DNA of 64,000 nucleotides from Kondoa subrosea (Eukaryota), in assembly GCA_039545335.1 (NCBI GenBank), contig BCIN01000008.1, positions 507,528 to 571,527 on the forward strand. Reading direction: 5' to 3'. The position numbers were made by a program, and so were the translations under genes. Position 1 is the stretch's first letter; the number at the start of each line of letters is the position of its first letter. The notes beneath the pieces were generated by a model that was given only the letters and a program-made list of their open reading frames with translations, did not search any database and was not told where the DNA came from. This document shows, in pieces, positions 38,979 to 52,224 of the stretch.

Positions 38979-40690
38979 TCAACTTCTTGAGTTTGCTCCA
39001 GAAGCCTCAGCTCCAGATTGAGTGGGAGAACGGGAAGGGGTGAATTTGTGCGTCTTGAGGAACTGTGCAGCTCTCAATCAGATCGAGTCCTTGCAGCTGC
39101 CGGACAAGCAAACATACCTCTTCGCGCGTCATGCAGATGCTGCCAATGCCTGACAAGTGGTCTTTCATGGCCGATCTAGACACGACGTGAGCCGAGCCTA
39201 CGTAAGTGTTTTGCAAAGGGCAATAGAAAGTTGTGGCCCCGTTAGGGGACTTGGTCTGGCGGACATGAAGCAGATCAATGCTACTCTAGATCTCATACGC
39301 CAACTGATTACTCACAAGGAAAAAATCACAGGACTCTCCGTTCACAAGGACACCAGTCATCCGAGAGTCATTGGTGTTTTGGCGACGACCCAAGGAATCG
39401 GTGGATTTCAACCCGACTCTAATGCCTGGCATGTGTGGTCGTTGTGACATGTCTGGATGGGCTGCAGCTCGCTCGCTATCCGAAAGCGAGACGAAGGGTT
39501 GAAGAGAGGAAGCAGCCGCCGAGGAATCTGACGTGGCTTGGTTCTTGTCGCGAGGATGTTCGTCGCAGAACTTTTCGAGATGGGCTTTATATCCATCTTC
39601 GGTCTGAAAAAAAGATCTCGGATGGGCATCTCGACAAGGTGGATAGTGACACTGCCACTTAGGGGCTCCAGTGCTTGCATCTGGATGAGAATAGTGCTGT
39701 TTTGAAGATGAGAACTATCATAAAAATGGTGGATTGCTACGACATACTGCTTCGAACCTTTCGAAAGCAATCACATCGTTTTGTCTTGTTCGAACATTGT
39801 CTGCGGTCAGCCTAGGTGTAGCCGTAGACAGCGGATTGATCTGACGGTGCTCAGATTCACCGGCTCCGTTGGTCGCTTTCGCTACAGCAGGCCTACACAC
39901 TCTCCAAGTTTGTGCTAGCTGTGGCCGAGGGAACCATTCGCAGCGCATTTGTAAGTGGGTTCGTAGACCATGTTCGGACGCTATTTTCTGATATGCATTC
40001 CCCTTCTCTTGGCGACAGGCTTTGTACGGACACTTGAAATAAGCCTTTTTTAGCATAAGAAGAGAAAGACTGTAAGAGATTGTCAGCGCAACCCGAAGGG
40101 CAGACAAAGTCCACGTGCCCCTATGAAGTCTCATAGTCCATAATACGTGGAAGCTGCACAATGATTTGCTGGTAACCAGACGGTGTTTCCACAGGCTGTT
40201 TTGCTCTGCCGTTCAGCTGTGCTATCTCACATGTAGACTAGAGCTGGTGAACGCTTACTTCTTGAACGGCATCTTTGTAATTGGGCCGATTACGCTCAGC
40301 CCACTTAAAATCATGAATTCGATTAACGTTCTGTGAAGCAGGCTTGACAACCTCAGAATGATGGCCTTCCTGCAGATAAGCCTTTAGCGTGTGTCCCAAA
40401 AGGGTCATCAATCAATGGCGGTGACTTACAAAATGCCAGACGTTGTCCCTCAGTACCTGCCATGTAGTCTTATCTGCAGCGAAGTCGGCGTCGTGACGAT
40501 AGTAGTTCTGGTCGATTTGCTTTATTGCTGACCAAGTGACCGGACGCCAAATGTAGTGCGTAATCCCCGTGACAAGATCGTAATTCGTACCATGGACTTT
40601 CTCCCATTGGTCGTAGTTATGATGTCTGTACCTAACGCCGTTCATTGAAACTTCTGTCATTGCCGTGGATGTATTCGAAGCAGAAGCCAT
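38979..40690 (-). CDS. Hypothetical protein with repeated CCHC zinc-finger-like motifs
   Basis: Spliced exons link ORFs 40412..40690, 39718..40161 and 39007..39216. Motifs CPYKAC-x19-HLQMRC and CHYPPC-x17-HLEKFC. Confidence 0.6.
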
Positions 40691-41322
40691 AGCTGTAGGT
40701 AGACGCGAAGTTGCAGTATATGGGAAAGAAAGCTAAGAAGAGCTTGGTCGTACGGAAAGAAGAGGGAAAAGAATCAAAATGAGAAGTTTTGATCTAGACA
40801 GCGCAGCCTCTAAGTCCACGATATGCAAAGAAGACGTTCATAGATCCTTTGATAGTCTATAATTGACGTCATTGATCAGTTGAATAGCTTTCCGATTCAG
40901 CAGCGTGGCGATCGAGTTAGAGCTATAGTAATGGAATAGGGATGCAACTCCCATGAAATCGAGGAACTCGCAAAAGTCAATTTTCGATATGGGTATCCAG
41001 AGAAGCAGCGAGTCAGATAACATATCTGAACAAGAGTTAGGAAAGAGAAGCAGATCCCAGAACGACTTGTAAGGCTTTAAACGGATTCGCTCGTAAATCG
41101 AATCCAGATTCGCGGGACAAAGGGAACAATCGCAGAGCTAGCAATTCCAGAAATACGGTCATACAGAGCCTGGCTAGAGGCTCGCAGAAAGAGACGAGTT
41201 GGCTGAGGCAGGACAACTCTTGAAAATCGGATATGCTGTTTTGTTCTTCAGCGTCCAAGTCTTTAATCTATCATGGCGTACGGCCTTCCTGTACATCCCT
41301 TGCCCTACAGAACAATGCTAAG

Positions 41323-41855
41323 ATGGTACCATACAGACTCAAATTCTTGATTCCGCCTAAAATCGCTAGCCCTTCTGCAATTGGAGCAGCAAACTCAGCA
41401 GCTCGAATGACTCAAGTTGTAGATTTCTACTCTAGAGTGAGTCCACACATACACAGACTGCTCTTGGTATTGTTTAATCGATGGTGTTCAATACAGCTAC
41501 CGAAAGGACCCGCTCAGAAACAAGGTGCTGGTGTAAACTTGTTTGCTAGATACAGACAAAGATATTTCGAAACTGGAAGTGGTGCACCTATTGTATGCTT
41601 ATCTCCTAGAGGCAAGGTAGGAGAGAGGGCTGATTTTGATTGGATATATAGGTTCATGCCATTCTCGGTTTGTTCTTGGTTGGCTGTAAGTCTGGTTTCA
41701 CCCAATAGAGAAGAAAGTGTATGCTAATGTGTGAGAACAGACACAATCGACTACAACATGCATTTGAAGGTACGGGAACAAAATGCTGGGGTAAGTAGCT
41801 TTTGACTTACCACTTGTTGTTCGTTGTACAGCACCACAAGAACAACATTCATTAG
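41323..41855 (+). CDS. ATP17: Mitochondrial ATP synthase subunit f
   Basis: LIPPKIAS, VVDFYSRLPKGP, RYF..GSGAPIVH and YTIDYNMHLKHHKN. Confidence 0.93.
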
Positions 41856-42151
41856 AAGCCTCTTCAAAAAGAAAAGGGAGAGGATTGAAGAAAGTGGTTC
41901 AGGCTTTGCAATGTAGAGTTGTTCTTTTCGTATCATTGATTTGACTTCGTTTCGTATTGTCCGATTATATTCCTCTTTTTGATCAACCGTGCGGTATAAG
42001 AGGCTATATCAGTCTGAACTATGAGTACCAGAGCAGTAAGATCTACATCACAAGAAAGCAGGTGGACAAAGCAGTCCAATCAAGGACAGTAACAACGAGA
42101 CTAATGTATGCATTGCAAGCCCAGCGGAATCAGTACAAGGTAGTACAGCGT

Positions 42152-43165
42152 TTACTTGGTATGGGCTTTTCACGGAGAACATTCAGCTTTGTTTAGGAAA
42201 CAGGCAGATAGTAGAAATCACCTATTCTCAACTTTCCAGGTTTGTAGAAATAGTTGCTGTAAGCATGATGCATGGTCTATCAGCCATCAACTGAAAGCCG
42301 CATCGTCCATGCTCACCTTGCGTAACTCTTGGGAACAAACTGTAACAGCATGAACGTGAGCGAAAAAAGATGCATCGTGGAAAGAACAGGCTTACTTTAG
42401 GCTTATTGGGTTCTTGTACGAACTGTGAGTGGGCACACTCGGTGAGCTAACACATATAGAATATTGCGCGAGAACTCACATATGGATAACCCTGCTTCTC
42501 GCAGAAATGGATAGCCGCATCTTCACGCAGTTCAATTAGCTTCAATCGAGCAGAGAGATTCATGTGCAAACCTTTAGTCTTGAACTTCATTCCGATAGCT
42601 ATTCGCGAAAGCAATTCTCTTAGTATACAATATACTGTTAAAGGTAGTTTCACGAACCTTGTTGCGTGTCTGCTGTACTTGCCCATCCCATCAACTGATT
42701 CTCCCACCTTCCAGAACCTTGCAATATATCCTGAATCAACCACCTCAACACTTGACGCTATCAACTCCTTAGGGCAGCTAAAAGGCTCACCCAATCCAAT
42801 CTCCAGTGATTAGAAGTAGCTTTCGCACTCTGAGCAGCCGTCTGATCATCATCACATCATATCAGCGCCCTTCCACTTTCGCAAAATGAGCAAATAAAGC
42901 AAGGCAGACTGACAGGTGATGGCCTATAAATCCTAACAGGTCTCAATAATAATTCCTTAGGTGCACCAGAAACGGCTCCAGCAGCGACTACATCCCCTTG
43001 AGGTCTGATTTGATCTATAGCTGTGCCAGTGGACGCTGATTGTTTAATATGCTCGATTTCTTTAGAAGTAGGGTCTGCTGTGCTGACGTATCGTTGGCCT
43101 CCCGTTAATCTAGATAGAACTGAGGTTCTTAGAGCTTGGGAACGGAGCAGAGGTCGGAGTGACAT
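42152..43165 (-). CDS. NDUFS4: Complex I accessory subunit NDUFS4
   Basis: Mitochondrial presequence, RPVRIYRP, WRLDWD, RWENQLMGWASTAD and AIHFCEKQGY. Ends KLRIAHTK*. Confidence 0.92.
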
Positions 43166-43276
43166 TGTGTTCGCTGATTTGGGAGAAGAGAGTAATGTTG
43201 GACAGTAACGGCCTGTTGGCCCTATTTGTGCGAGTGCAGCTGCGAAAGATGTCTAAGGATCTCAACCACCTGCGAT

Positions 43277-44797
43277 ATGCTTTATGTCTGTTTTTGTCTG
43301 TTTGCCTTGCGTTCTGTCGAGTCTGGCATTAGGCCTGTTGAAGGGTTACTCACTATCTTCCTCTTCTGTCCGTCTTACATGTCTCAGAGCCTTCTTATAG
43401 CCCTTACGTCCGTAAAGAATATCCTTCTTCGGACTCCCGAAGTGATCTTCTTCGGGTTTTGACGAAGCTTGTACCATCAGAAGCTCTCCTGACCTCGATA
43501 CATCTGTTGTCGCTCCAACTCCGCGCTATCAACCCTGTTGATGACCCTGATGTACTATGCTCTTCTTCTGGTTGCTCTGCATTAGCGCTGTGTTTGAGGA
43601 ACAGAATATAATCAATTGGGATAGCTCAAGAATCTCTTATTGTAAGTATAACCATATACGTGCTCTGCTTCCAGGACTGATCAAACGTATAGCTGGACAA
43701 TGGACCGATGGTATTGGGTATAAAGAAGCAGCAGCAGATCAGTAAGGTTCTGCCATCCTTCTCCTTCTCGCCCCTGACGGGTTCGGGAAACAGAGCAATA
43801 GCTACAGTTGCATATTTGAAAAGACAAGAAGTAGTAGCAGCAATCATTGGAGCCAATCATGGAGCTTTCAACATATCTATCGGTAATCAGAACGCCGCAT
43901 ATTATATGGCTCGAACTGGTCTGGCCGATAATGAGACACAGAGTATAAAATTGCAAACTCAACAATCAGGTAACAATCTTCTGACTTATTTCGTAGGTTT
44001 TCGCATGTATGCTATGATCTATTTACTGATTGATCCGGTTTCGTAGACTATGGTCAGTTTGATGAACGATCCACCTTTAAGGTTATACCAGATCATGTAT
44101 GAGCATTTGGTACGCGTTCAGCGTGTGCTCCAAGCTGATATTTAGTTTCAGTATTGGTAACGAAACCACTTCTACCACAAATCGAAACCGACCTGTCATT
44201 ACCTCTCCCATGGGTCCCTCTGAAGCACAGTCACCCACCACCGGAATATCAACCTCACTGTCATCCTCTTACTCTCACAAATCTTCATCACATTCGTCTA
44301 TTTCCTTAGGTGCTCAAATAGCGATCATCATTTCCTCAATTTTCGCAGCTTGTCTCGTCTTAGTCTTCATCTTCTACCTAGTAAGAAAAGAGCGGCAGAG
44401 GAAAGAAAGGGAGATTGTAAATGAGCAAAATAAGTTGGATGAATTCAATAACAAGGAAAGGAGGGATGTAGAGAACAAGGCTGGTAGAGAAGGTCAAGAT
44501 GATGATGAGGAAGGAGAAGAGATTGATGAGGACAAGATCAAGAGTTGTACGATTAGTGAAAGTCGAAAATGTCAATTGGATAAAGGAAAAGGGTTGGTGG
44601 ACAGAGATTCTTGGTTGAAAGAATTCAGGAGAGATTGTGGATGTAGGTCATCTTTTTCTCTGACTGTACCAATCTAAAGGGTTCAACAAATAGATTTGGA
44701 TGAGAATGATGGAATCGTAAAGAACGATGCGAAAGATACACCTGGTTCAGGCTTTACCTTACTGCCTACGTATTGCAGCTGGTCTCACATGACGTAG
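43277..44797 (+). CDS. Single-pass membrane protein (ectodomain, Ser/Thr stalk, TM, charged tail)
   Basis: ORFs 43708..44046 and 44099..44677. TM ISLGAQIAIIISSIFAACLVLVFIFYLV is followed by RKERQRK. Start and end are approximate. Confidence 0.6.
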
Positions 44798-45273
44798 GCG
44801 ATGAAGAAGCACAAAGAAGCCCAAATAGAGTGACTATTCGATTCAGTCATCGCAATGGTCAGAACAGTACGGAAAGCTTGTACACAAAGGTTTCATTCCT
44901 GCTTAGCGAAGACAGGAGCAACCCTGGCTGATTTGTCATCTTTTACAGGACGTATGACGCGCCGAGTAATGATATCGATGCTGCAAAAACGTTGAATTCG
45001 ATGATAACGGTTTTCTCAACAGCCGCTTCCTGTAAGCGCGTTTTCCATGTTATGAAGAGCGGCCCACGGCAGCTCCGGTGGAGAGCTATTTCCAGTCGCC
45101 CGCTCGCGTTTATTGCTTCTTCTTCTTCTCCTTCAACCAGAAAAACCAAACAAGACTTCAGTTTCAAGTTTCCTTTCAGCTTTCAGCTTACGCAAACCCA
45201 CACACTCTTTTGAAAAGAACTACACACTCTTTCTTACTTTACTTTCTTCTTACTTACTCAATAAATTAACACC

Positions 45274-46253
45274 ATGAAATTCAGCATCATTCTTCTCGCT
45301 TGCTCTTCTCTTCTCGTCGCCGCTGCTCCTGTCGACATCGCCGCTCGTCAAGTCAACACCCGCAAGTAAATCCCCCTCTTGAGTTGTCTACGCGTCTTCT
45401 GATTCATCGCGTCTTTCTTAGCCTTCGAGCTGGTACACGTCGCTTGACTGCTAGAGCCGCTGGTGCTTCTGCAGTAGCTCTTCAAGAAAACAAGTACTTG
45501 GTGAGTCATTCGATCTGCTTTGCGCGTGTTTTTGGCTAACATGCTTGATCAGAACTGCCAACAAATTCAGCCTCCATTCGTTTTGGACTCTGTTCAAGTT
45601 GTCAAGTCTGCCAAAACTGGTGCTGACGACGAAGACAACAGAGCTATTTGCTCTTATGTCAACCCCAAGGATTCCACAGACACCCAGACTTGTCAATACG
45701 ACGTAGGTCTTTGCAATTCTTACTATGGCAATGGCTGATCTGTTGTAATATCAGACCTCTAATGGTCAATTGAATCAACCAGTCGTTCAAGCATGCTCAC
45801 TGAATATTGATGTTGGTACCGCTCCCCCACAAGGTCTTTGCTACACTGGTTGCCGTCGTCAAAGTGAGTTTTAACCCGAAGTTTTTGTTTCCTTTGGGCT
45901 TATATAGCGAATAGCTGCAACCGGTTTGTACTTCACCGGTTCCGATCTTGAGTCTGGTTCTCCCAACAGCGGTATCTTGAACTGCCAGTAAGCTTAACCT
46001 TAGCTCCTGCTGCAGCTTCTGAGCTAAGAGACTTCCCTAGATATGCCAACTCTCAAACTCGTGCTGAAGCTGGTACCACTGATGTTCTGTGCCAATACTC
46101 CCTGGCCGATGGTACTCTGAACCCCGTCTCCGCAAACACCGCTGGATGCCCCGCCTCTAACCCTAGTATGTCTTCGCGACAAAATCCAAAGCCAAGGTCT
46201 CATTTTGTCCTACAGTCGGCATGTACTGCCTCACCAACCTACCTGCTCAGTAA
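45274..46253 (+). CDS. Small secreted cysteine-rich protein with two internal repeats
   Basis: Signal peptide MKFSIILLACSSLLVAAAP and basic pro-region. Seven exons encode two C..CxY..CQY...G.LN...C units. Confidence 0.8.
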
Positions 46254-46531
46254 ACATCCGGGTCTGGGAAGACTTGCAAGAGTATGACGCACCGGACGTT
46301 TCGCACCTTGTTTAGTTACGATTGTTTAGCTCTGCTTCTTTATCATCGTATGCTCACTGAAGCTGCCCCCTTCGTAGTGTCTCTTCATGTTTGACTTGTG
46401 TCAAAGCGCGAGATGCGCTGTGAAGCATGAGAAGCTTTTTGACACGAACCTCTTAGTCTTGAGCCTTCTATTCTTCTCTTCGTTGCCATGGACTGCTCTT
46501 GCTCCTCCGCTGTTGCTGCTGCTCGACGACC

Positions 46532-48463
46532 ATGCCGCTCAGGAAACGGAGGCCTGCTCGCTCACCAAAAATCGAAGCTCAGCCTGTCGTTTGTTTGACC
46601 TTTACCTGATCGGACAGCAATCCTTATCTACTGTTGTTTCCTCTAATGCAGATCTATTCTTTGCCTGAGATCTACTCTACTCCTTCACTGACCAATGATC
46701 TTGGCTTGACTTCGGCCACAAGGACTAGCAGATCTCCAAGTCTCCTCCGGTATACACCTAGTCTGCAATTTCACAAACCAACCTCATCGATATTGGATAG
46801 TGGTCTGCAGCCTATCGATGTAACCGGTATCAGAAGAGGATCCATTGCGTTAGTTTGCTGCTACTCGATGTTCAATACCAACGCTGACATGCACAGGACA
46901 GATCTATTTACAGCAAGTCACGATCACCTACAAATGTAGCACCTACTCCCATGCCAATCCACGCCAGAAAACGGGTGAGCAGTCCACCTCTGCTTTGATC
47001 CTAATTTGACAACCTCTCAGCCGAAAGGAATTGCGCCTCGTATCAATATTATGACCATTGGCCGCGCCGGGACGGGAAAGACGTCCTTCATCAAAACATT
47101 ATTGCGATCTTCTGAAAAAGCGAATCCTTCTGCGGAAACAGAGGCCAATCTCATCGGGTTTGGATGTACGAGCAATCATTTGCGACGGACCAATCAGGTG
47201 GAAGAGATTCAATGCGAATTAATAGCAGGAGACGAAAGGCTTGCGGTGCATGCTATCGATACGCCTGGCTTTTCATCTGGCAAATTCCCCTCGGAGGTTT
47301 ATGTCGGCTGTCACTGATACATACATGGCAGATGATTTAGCTGCGGAAGTGGCTGTAAATGGCTTCATCCGAGTGATCGAGAGCAAGCTCAACGAGACGC
47401 TCGAACAAGTATGTCGGAATTAATTGGTTGCACTCGCCTCTGAATTTGCTCATAGGAAGCACAAATTGTTCGCCAGAATCTCAACGGAGGAGAGAATCAT
47501 ATTCATCTGGTACTTTACTTCCTCCATCCCGACAGCTTTTCGTCTTCCTCCGCTACAGCTTCTTCCGCTTTGACATCCCGCTCGCCCAGTCTTCGAAACA
47601 CGAAAAGTATGCCTCAGATGGCTAAAAGATCGACTTCAACCGAGCCTCATACAGATAGTACAGATAGTACAGCAAGTCGAAAGCAAATTGCGGAAGCGGA
47701 CGAAGAGATTTTACACATGTCAAGGTCTGACTTACGGATGATCAAGAAGCTTTCGAAACGAGCAAACGTCGTACCGGTGAGCCTCTCCCGTACAAGGAAG
47801 ACTTGCATTAATCACGATCTAGGTCATCGGTCGCGGCGATACCTTGACAAGCAACGAAATTGATGCTTACAAGACGGCAGTCATGCAAGACATGAAAGCA
47901 GAAGGCATTGAATTACCTATTCAGTCGATATCCACGCAGATCTCTTTAGCTGCTTCGAATGACTTCAATGAGCAAACTTCAGAAACAGAACCAGTCGACT
48001 CAATTGAAGCATTCTCAAAGCATCTAGATGCACCATCAGATTCTCCGCCTCGTTTGGTCAGAACTCGATCGAGAAGTACGAGCACAAGAAGGAAATCACA
48101 GAAATTTCCAGTTTATGCAGATCCAGCACCTCATTCCGCCGCTTCTTTACCTTTCCTTCTCATCGCACCGGAAGATCTCCAAGTAGAGAAACCTCAATTC
48201 GTGCGGAAGTTCCGATTTGGTAGAGCTGATGTCTTGGATCCGACGCATTGTGATTTCACCGCTTCGAAGGAAACGATCTTATCCAGTCATTTCAAGGTGA
48301 ATCGCGTATTTCCTCCAGTCTCATATGCATCAAAGCTGACGAATTGCTATAGATGCTGAGGAATAAAACGCATGAGCAGCATTACGAAGCATTCAGGGTG
48401 GAAAGATTGTTGGTCAAAAGGGCGACGCAATTGTTATCGCACAATGATGTTGAGCTACTGTAA
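46532..48463 (+). CDS. Septin-family GTPase, divergent
   Basis: G1 GRAGTGKT, G3 DTPG, HIHLVLYFL, G4 region NVVPVIGRGD and RKFRFGRADVLDPTHCDF. Start is uncertain. Confidence 0.85.
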
Positions 48464-48547
48464 TATGTGATTCATGTAATTTTCGCCGTCTAGAGGTAAA
48501 TCCGTTGCCTTGTTCGATCAGATGAACTGTATAACTCTTGCTTAGTA

Positions 48548-50717
48548 ATGAGCAGCCAAAACAAGCGAAGAGTCTGCACTGAATGCGGCTCTCGCAAGTT
48601 TCACAAGGACTCGTCTACTGGTCGCATTGTCTGTCGCTCTGGCCATGTACTCCAGGTTTGCCCCGAAGATTGAAATAACACTGCTCTTCGAAGCTCACTG
48701 CAGTGAATAGGGCTACTTCCGGGAGACAGCAGAACAGGATGAAGCTCCTTCTCAGCATCTGCAATTTTCTCGAAGACTGCGCAAGAACAGGGCTAAGAAA
48801 GTGAAGACACCTTCACAGCGTAAGTACCCATCTGCTTCATGCTGCCGCGAACAGAGGTCTTATTGATCAGACAGGCTATCATGGCGATCGTGCACGTTTC
48901 CTACAATTTGAAGTAGCTCAGATTCTGCTGAGACAGCAGATTGCTACCTTGATCAAGCTGTATGATTTGCCGACCGAGTTGGAAGTAAGGAGCCCCCAAC
49001 GTCGTCCTGCGCTCTATCTCATGACTAGATAGTACATCGCAAGAGATCTTTGGGCGCTCTATGTTTCTTCCTCTGATCTTCCTGCTGCACCACTTCATCG
49101 CCCAGATGCAGTTCCCGATGCACCCGATCCAGCTGCTCAACCTCCACCTCAAACTGAAAGCGAGTCAGACATCAGTTCATCAGAGGAAGATCTAGAAGCG
49201 CATATGAAGAAAGTCAATCTGGAAGACCAGGACGTCAATCAGAATTCCAAGCCATCAAAGTACAAACGCGAGCATGATGTGACTAGAAGCATTCATCTAC
49301 ACTATACTCTCGTCATATGCTATTTGTCTTGTGCCACATTGCGAATACCTATCTTCCAGAACGATCTAATTAGGTCAGCGGTACAATTTTCCCGGCTTTG
49401 CAACATTTAGTTGACTCCGTGGTCACTTCTGCAGATTAGCTGAACAAGGGACATTGCCTTTCCTGAACTTCGCCGATCGCTTGCCAGCTAGGATGAAGAA
49501 TTTTACCTATTATTCCACTATCAATAGCTTGAATCTGGGTGTAAGTCGGCCTCTGTCCTCCAGTGTTACAAGAGTTTCATTGCCTGGTTAGCGAATGCCT
49601 CCAATTTACGCCGAAGGACCCTCGAATAACTCTTTTGCAATCAGCGTCAGTCGATTTGTTGCAATGTACAAAGAGCTGGATATCACCTTTCCCGATCTAA
49701 ATGTAGCTCCTCTGCTCTGGAGGAGCTGTAAAACCCTCAGTCTACCTCGTAAGATCTTTGATATTTCATGAGACATAGCTAATGATGTGACCAGCTACTT
49801 TCTACTGTGCGGCGAAGAAAATGCTCAGTAGACTGGATGCAGACTTCTCTTTCAACATCAAAGGAGATCCTTATGACCATTGTCGAGCCTCTACCCGTAT
49901 TGGCAAAAACAAAACACCTGAAAGCGCTTTGCTAGTCAATACGTTTATGATATCGGATGCGGTCATAATTTGTTCCATCATCATATGTGCAAAGCTAGTC
50001 TGGGGTCTGGATGATACAAGAAGGTTTGCCTCTCTCTCTTATATTACTCAACAGGCAGTCTAAAAGGCAGCTATAGGTTTCCGCAGGAGAACCAGCCTCT
50101 TTCTACTCTTCCAACGCAGGAGATGTGGCTGCAAATTGCGCAAGAGGTGTACGAAAAATCCTCATCAGATCCATTCAAGCGACTACAAGAGAAAGCGGTT
50201 GAGGAATATACGAATCAAGAAATCGACGCTTATTTAGATCACGCTGAAACTTTTCTTGATATCCCTCATCGAAGACCAAATAGTCAGTTCTCCCCTTTGC
50301 CTTTGGCTCGTGCTGACAAGGAATACAGACTTCGATAAAGTAGAACGCACTTTTCCTTTACATCCTCGATCTGGTCAACCTTTACCTTCTTCAGACTCAT
50401 CAGATCTCATATCAAACCTATTCAACTCTGTTGATTCTGAAACACATACTGTACCAAAAAGCAAGGGCATCCTGTACTCTGGCGATTTGATCCATACCTA
50501 CAAGAAAACAGATCGTCAAGGTTATTTCCCAATCGCGTTTGAGCAAGTCTTGAAGATTGCAAGTGATCTAGTTGGGATCTCGATCGATGATTTGGCTCGC
50601 TGTATTGCGGTTTTGGAAGGCAAAGTCGAGAAAGCTGATTTTGCAAAGGGATGGGAAAGCGCTTGGACAAATGAGATGGAAGAAGAGGAGCAACGAGACG
50701 TGAATATGAGCACATGA
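48548..50717 (+). CDS. RRN7: RNA polymerase I initiation factor Rrn7/TAF1B
   Basis: N-terminal zinc ribbon CTECGSRKF...CRSGH, SQILLRQQI, QEIFGRSM/DLW-region helix and LSCATLRIPIFQNDLI. Confidence 0.75.
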
Positions 50718-51091
50718 GAAGTCGCTTTTAGCGCAATTCATGCAAGGTCCACCCAACTTGGCTTCCGTCACGACAAATGTCTCAAGAAGCATATCCATGT
50801 CAGCCAGGCTTTGAAGCGGTTTCTAGCGAGTCTCATGAATGCTCTAGTGATCTCAGGCTGATGTTGCGGAGCAGAAGCTTCAACACTGAGGAGAATTGCC
50901 GTCAAGGCCGCATTGCTTTGATTGCAGAAGCGAAGACCAAATCTCCAAACATCACAGAGCAAAGAGAATCAGGGAAAGGTGTAATAATGCACAAGCACCT
51001 CTTAGGTGCAGCCATTTTTGCCGAAAATATGATTATATATGTACAACTCTTGCTTTTCCAGTCCTCTCTCTGTGGATTTGTCGTCTCATCT

Positions 51092-51977
51092 CTATACTCT
51101 AACATACTGCGCTGATGTGCCACTCCTTGGTGAACTTGTCCCTGAAGGTGGTGCTTCGTCTGTGTCGATCTGATGAATGATGTTACGAAGCATTAGATTT
51201 TAAGTCTACTAACCGCTGTACAAGTTTAGTCTAGACTGACCTCTTCTAGAATAGCATTGCCCGACTATAAAGATACATGAGTATGAGAGCGAGACTGTGG
51301 CAAAACAGTACGCACTGGTCCTGATGTCGCTGCATTTCTGGTAGTTTCCGCTCGATTGAGTACTGCAAATTTGTTGAGTGAGTACATGATTGCTTGGTTG
51401 CAATAACAGCATACCAAAGCAAGTCATGATGTTCTCAAACACTCTAGGCGGTAGAGTCCTCTGGTAAATTTGCATAAGTTCATGAGGTGCTGGGTAGACT
51501 CTTAGTGCTTTGAAGAAAGCGATTGATGCGTCGACATGGAATGCAGGACCTTTTCATCATCCCTTCAGCACGCCTTTCGCAATACTTGCGTACCGCGAGC
51601 AATCTCTCACCTCTGCCAGCCAAACTTTCTCCTAATGCAACATGCTCCAAGAAATATTGCTCTGATCGTTCCATTGTCAAGTTGTTGGCTTCAGGATCAG
51701 TAGCCAGCGCTCTAACTTCTGCCGCTAGTCGAATGTTGTCCGCTTGAGCTGCTTGAGTTGCACTTTCTTCTGCTGCTCTAGCTAATTGTCGGTTCTCCCT
51801 GGCTGCAGTGAATAGTCATGAGCATTCCTCTCAACACTTGCAGTGTTGGAGCGCACCTATCCTCCTTCTGAATGCTGGGTCATGCCTGCGCCTGTAATCA
51901 AACCAGACCGCATAGCCAACGACGGATAGAGCCAAGGTTGCTACTGTAGCTGTCACAACTTGTTTCGTTTCGACCAT
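51092..51977 (-). CDS. TOM20: Mitochondrial import receptor Tom20
   Basis: VVGYAVWFDYRRRHDPAFRR, EQYFLEHVALGESL, AFFKALRVYPAP and IYQRTLP. The 3' end is approximate. Confidence 0.88.
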
Positions 51978-52224
51978 TCTAAGTATTTAGCAAAGCAAGA
52001 GAGCGCAGAGATTCGGGCGGAAAACGAGATCTTTGCTTTGGACAAAAAAATGGAAATCAATTGTGGCAAATCTGAAGTCAAACGACAGCGAAAGAGGGAG
52101 AAGAAGAAAAGTCTATACATAGAGCTGTGCATATCTACAAAGGAGACTAACTACGTAATGAAAGACTTGATACCATGCTGTACAAAATGCACACAAGAAC
52201 GACAAGTAATGCGAATCTCTGCAG

